A stretch of DNA of 64,000 nucleotides, from NCBI RefSeq assembly GCF_009914755.1, contig NC_060934.1; one strand, given 5' to 3'. Positions 55,409-64,000 of this stretch are shown here, one piece after another. The translations under genes were made by a program, and so were the position numbers. A model generated the notes under the pieces. The model was not told where the DNA came from. It ran no database searches and saw only the letters and a program-made list of their open reading frames with translations. Position 1 is the first letter of the stretch. Each line of letters begins with the position of its first letter. The stretch is from the human T2T-CHM13v2.0 reference genome, Homo sapiens.

Positions 55409-56809
55409 AGAGATTGCCACAGGCGGGGGAATCTGTCTGTATTCCAAATGCTGCTGCCTCCCAGCGCTCCCGCCTTTTCCCCACACTAAGGGCCTCTGCC
55501 CAGTCTCCCAGGCTGACCCTTCCTCTTTCAGAGCTCCTCAAACTATCTCCTCCCAACTGGAGCTCAGGACTTGGGACCTGGCCCCTTGAGGGTGACAGAA
55601 AGGTGACTTGCATCTTCTGGGGGAAAAAGCAGAGGCATTCAGAAACGAGAGCCCTTCCAGAAAACCAGTTTGCACAATGACCAGGAACTCTGACACCTTA
55701 AGCCCATGCGAATCTTGAATAGAGAAATCTTGGACACTGAGGTAAGGGTGGTGCTCGGAAAGTGTCTTGGTCCAGATTTTTCCAGACCCTTTGATTCACA
55801 GTGGCATAGATGCTGGCAACCTGCTTGCTAATCGCCCAAGCGATTCCAGCCTGGTGTCAGGGAGGAAGATGCCCTCCGTCCTCTTTCATCTGGAAAAAGC
55901 AGGGTAGCATGTGTTAACTCTTACATATCAAATTCCTCTAGGAATTCTGGGGATTCCTTTTATTTGGCTCAGAGAGGAAACACCTAGAACATTTATACTC
56001 TAACCCAGAGAACTGAGGTGGTTTCCTGGGTATTTCTGATGTGCATTAAGAAAGAAGCTATTTCATTTAAGCCAAAACATAAGTGGGGGCTGGATTCAAA
56101 AGCAGACTCTCCCCTTAAAACAGCTTCTTCCTTTGCTTCTAGTCATTAGGGACAAGTCATGAGCCTCTTAAGCAGTAAGCATGTGAACAATTTGTCTGGT
56201 TCTAACAAGTGGTCCTTCCAGCAGGACTTCAGGGAGCAGAAGTGTATGCACTGCTGCAGAAAATGAGTTAGAAACTATCACAAAGGAGGAATGTTGGGCT
56301 TGCAGGGAAAAAATTATGAATAATTACCATATAGCAGGGGAATTACATGTCTTTCCTGCTGCTCGAGAACTAGACTAGAACCAAAGGGTGGTCCTGGGCA
56401 TGAGGCATGAGGAGAACTAGGTAGGGAAAAGGTCTGTGGAGAAGTAGTAGAACCAGAGAATGGAAACAAACAAACAAACAAACAATGCAGATAGAGTCTG
56501 ATTCTAGCCAGGGCTTCTAGGCAGCTCAAAGCCTAGTGTCAGAGGATGTAATAAACTCAGCACCATTTGGGGCAATCACTGGGACCAGGCACTCCACTCC
56601 AGCAGGCAGGGCAAGGGATGCTAGGAAGCTTTCCAAAGATCGTTCCTCAAAGGACCGTCACAGCTGGTGGTGGGGAATGTGGAGGGCAGAAGGCAAAAAA
56701 GAGAATGCATGGTACCAGCATTCCATCACCAGGACAAGGCCCCCAGTATTGGCAGGAAGCTAGGTCACTGAACAGAAACTAAGGGGCTAGGTTCAGTGGC
56801 TCAAACCTG

Positions 56810-57221
56810 TGGTTAAAAAAAAAAAATTAAAATTTGACTTTAGTCAAATTAAATTTAAAGGTGTTTAATTGAGCAAAGAATGACTGGCAAATTGGGCCAT
56901 CTCCTGAGCCAGAGTAGGCTCAGAGACTCCAGCGCAGCCACGTGGTAGAAGATTTAAGGGCAGAAAAAGGAAGGTGACATACAGAAAATGGAAGAGAGGT
57001 GCAAAAACAGCTGGATTGGTTATAGCTTGGCATTTGCCTTATTAGAATATGGTTGGAACAGTTGACCACATTTGATTGGCCAAAACTTGGTGATTGGCAC
57101 AAGAGTAGGCTACAGTCTGTTTACAATTTCCTTTAGCTTATAGTCCACAATGTACAGAGAAACCTTTAGGTAGAACTTAAAATATGTAAGGAGGTAGCTT
57201 TAGGCTAAATTTGATTTAATA
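56810..57221 (-). mobile_element. MER57-family ERV1 solo LTR inserted in an AluJ head
   Basis: Reverse complement starts TATTAAATCAAATTTAGCCTAAAGCTACCTCCTTACATATTTTAAGTT and has three ATTGG (CCAAT) boxes. Alu sequence ...CAAACCTG resumes as CTTATAATCCCAGC at 57222. Confidence 0.8.
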
Positions 57222-57329
57222 CTTATAATCCCAGCATGTTAGGAAGCTGAGGCATGAGGATCTCTTGAGACCAGGAGTTCGAGACCTGCCTGGGCAACAT
57301 GAGGAGACCCCATCTCTATAAAAAAATTA

Positions 57330-57521
<192 letters not shown>

Positions 57522-57979
57522 TTAAAGCCCAGCTGGTCGACTCAGCCAATAAAACAGGAGGATTAGGCAAGAAGGAGAAGCATGAGGAACACTGTGGCTT
57601 GAGGTTGCTTCACACGGCCCAGGATGCACGAGGCCTGTGGTGTCCTGCTGTGAGAGCTGTGGCAGAGCACGTGGCATTCTGGAATCTCTGAACTTCTCAC
57701 AGTAACGTTTTTCAATGCTTGAAATAAAATACCCAGGATTATAAAGGAAACCAACAACACTGAAAGATTTTTGTCAAAATAGTATTAGAAAACACATTTT
57801 TGAGGCCAGGCGCCGTGGCTCACACCTGTAATCCCAGCCCTTTGGCAGGCCAAGGAAGGCAGATCACCTGAGGTCAGGAGTTCAAGACCAGCCTGGCCAA
57901 CATGGTGAAACTCCATCTCTACTAAAAGTACAAAAATTAGCCAGGTGTGGTGGCACACACCTGCAGCCCTAGCTATTCA

Positions 57980-58081
<102 letters not shown>

Positions 58082-59647
58082 TCAAAAAAAAGAAAAAAGA
58101 AAAGAAAAAGAAAAAAGTTTGACATAGGGATATGTAGCAACAACAGATATTCCTGTGTTAAAGTACCTAGGGGCTGGTGAGAGGTGTGGCAGAACACATG
58201 GGTCTGGGGAATGGAGTGCAACGTGCGGAGCTGGGGAAGACCAGGAAAGACAGAGGGAGGGACCACAACGCAGAGTCCACTGAAGAGGCAAGTTTGGGAG
58301 GTGATAATGACTTAAATACCAGAAAAGTTCCTACAGAGGTCAGAGAACTTGCTGTCAGGCTGCTGGGAAGCAGGTTTTTCGGTGTGCGAAAGGTTAAACC
58401 TTTAAGACTCAAGTCAACCTCCATCCTCCTGGAGCCCAGGAGACACAAGACCCAGGAAGTACCATCTGTAGGTCCTCACTAGAGTCATCCAACTGTCTTC
58501 CATGCTTTTTGTTTGGGAGCCGAATGCTTCAGAAGCAGGATCCTGTGGCATTTCTTGTTTGAATGGTGGCAAGTCAGCTTGACTGCCAGCTCAGCTTCCC
58601 AGTCTCCCCAGGCTGGGACCTGCTGACCTCCCTTGCAGGCATTGCTCCATTCTAGTCTCTGGGTCCATTCCCTGCTTTGGGGTAAGAGGCCCATAGCCCA
58701 GCCCTGCTCATTCAGGCTTGTTTAGTACCCATCGATGATGCATGAATTTCCTCCTGCTTTGGAGACCTTCAGGCCCCAGTTGGGTGAACTAGACATCTGC
58801 CTTGCTTCCTCCACTTGGATCTCTGTCATGGAAACCTGCCTGGTGCCTCAGTTCCTCCAGCCCTGGGCCTGGCTTGCCCATTCCGGGCTCAGTAGCTGGG
58901 GCTCTGGTAACCATGGACTTCCTTCCTGATGGCACCTTCTGCTTGTCCACCCTGCTGAACATCTCTTGCCTCTAGTCATCCTGATATACTGATCTGGCAG
59001 CCTACTGCTTTACACACATCTGCTATTCTGCTGGCCTACCATCATTGTCTCTGGCGGGACCTGTCTGCCAGGTGCTGAATATGTTCTGAAAGGAGAGCTG
59101 GCCAGGCATGATGGCTCATGCCAGTAATCCCAGCACTCTGGGGAGGCCAAGCTGAGAGGATCGCTTGAGTCTGGGAGGCCGAGACCAGCCTGGGCAACAT
59201 AGCCTCTTGAAAAAATAAGAAAATGAAAGTAGAGCCAACAGGACTTCAAGATGAATTACATGTAGATTGTGAAAGACATGAGTAAAGGGCCGGGCGCAGT
59301 GGCTCACGCCTGTAATCCCAGCACTTTGGGAGGCCACGGCAGGCGGATCATCTGAGGTCAGGAGCTCCAGACCAGTCTGGCCAACATGGTGAAACCCCAT
59401 CTCTACTAAAAATACAAAAATTAGCCGGGTGCAGTGGCGTGTGCCTATAGTCCCAGCTACTTGGGAAGCTCAGGCAGGATAACAGTTGAACCCGAAGATG
59501 CCTTGCACTCCAGCCTGGGTGACAGAGAGAGACTCCGTCCAAAAAAAGAAAAAGACCTGAGTAAAGAAAAACTCCAAGGGTTTTGGCCTGAGAAACTGGA
59601 AGGAAGGAGTTGCCATCAACCGAGATGGGCAAGGCTGGAGGAAGATT

Positions 59648-59820
59648 GTCTTGACTAGCTCAGATTACTATAACAAAATACCTTAGGTTGCATAATTTAT
59701 AAACAACAGAAATTTATTTCTTACAGTTCTAGAGGCTGGGAAGTCTAAGATCAAGGCAGCAGCCAATTCTGTGTCTGGTGAGGGCTCACTTGCTCTGCTT
59801 CATAGATAAGGGTGCCTTCT
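59648..59820 (-). mobile_element. MaLR LTR fragment (MST/MLT1A-like)
   Basis: TATAACAAAATACC...AAACAACAGAAATTTATTTCTTACAGTTCTAGAGGCTGGGAAGTCTAAGATCAAGG. Confidence 0.75.
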
Positions 59821-59829
59821 CACCCTTAT

Positions 59830-62595
<2,766 letters not shown>

Positions 62596-63321
62596 CAGGG
62601 TATTAGATGATTTTCATAAAAATGAACATTCACACCCACTGCAAATACCCTAATTTTGAGTTCACATTGCACTTCACATTACACTTGTATTTTTCAAGTG
62701 TATTTTTTGGAAACCATAGCACTATAATACTGTGTTCTGCTGCATCCCAGGAGATTCCTCGGTTGGCCACATACTTGCCCTTTTATAGATAGTCCCTGGT
62801 GGGTTTGATGGTCTAGCAGGGATCAAAATGAGCTGGCTTTCTGACCCTTCCCTTCATCTCTGCTTCCTAAAGAATCCCACATTGGTTGCTGCAAGGACTT
62901 CCAATTGCTGTCAGAACTTTCAGATCTAATTAGATTGGATTTTAATTACTGCGTCAGCAGTGAGCCTGATCTGACTTTTGGAGAGCTAAGGTTGACCCCC
63001 ACTAAGGGTGCAACCGCCCAAGAAATGCAAAGTGGCTCACTCCATTTAGACTTGGAGGCCAAATGCCAGAAATAGTTCAGAAAAGTAGTGGTGGCTGGCT
63101 ATGGAAGCCTCTTCCTTAATTTGAGTAGCTCTCTTCCCTGCTTTACGGAGCAGTGGAGATGGCGGCCCAAACCAAAGCCAAGTAAGTAATTTACAAGTGA
63201 AGGCACATGCACCTTCCTGAGTGCTGACAGGATGTATTTCCAATTTACCAAGTGGCTGCAGGTCCTCATCTTTCTTGGCTGTCAACAGTTAAGAGACGAT
63301 TATTTTAAAATATACAATCTA

Positions 63322-63780
<459 letters not shown>

Positions 63781-63918
63781 AAAATGTACAATTTAAACAA
63801 GGTGTCTCAGATATCTACTTTGTAGCACTGCATTGATTTGCATTTGGCGAGTTTCCTTTAACATCACCATACTTCTCCCGCATCACTGACCTCCTCAGGC
63901 CAAAACTAGACCAGCGTT

Positions 63919-63922
<4 letters not shown>

Positions 63923-63980
<58 letters not shown>
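63923..63980 (+). repeat. (TG)29 microsatellite
   Basis: Perfect dinucleotide run. Confidence 0.97.
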
Positions 63981-63984
<4 letters not shown>

Positions 63985-64000
63985 ATTTAAGATGGCTCTG

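Overview
Primate (most likely human, given a near-consensus AluYa5 and an SVA) non-coding, extremely repeat-dense DNA. I counted roughly 75 Alu copies or fragments by eye. No intact host protein-coding gene is visible; almost all ORFs in the supplied track are Alu, SVA or LTR translations. Main contents: (1) an env-collapsed, defective HERV-E-family provirus (tRNA-Glu PBS, two LTR2-type LTRs, ~29411-36164) that landed inside an old Alu; (2) a full-length SVA with target-site duplication (TSD) (36472-37840); (3) a processed PRDX2 pseudogene (25533-27049) inserted into a MER53 DNA transposon and later split by two antisense Alus; (4) a 3'-truncated U6 snRNA retrocopy; (5) three MER41 solo LTRs within 9 kb carrying five intact STAT GAS motifs; (6) other LTRs (MER4, THE1, MER57, MLT1, MLT2 with an ERV-L gag/dUTPase remnant), L1/L2 fragments, Tigger3/MER3-33 and a probable hAT transposase fossil; (7) a young AluYa5. 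I did not find a convincing new biological system. The best leads are the MER41 GAS cluster, the structurally odd HERV-E and several well-preserved nested-insertion and rearrangement scars. Family names come from my recall of consensus sequences and need RepeatMasker/Dfam confirmation.
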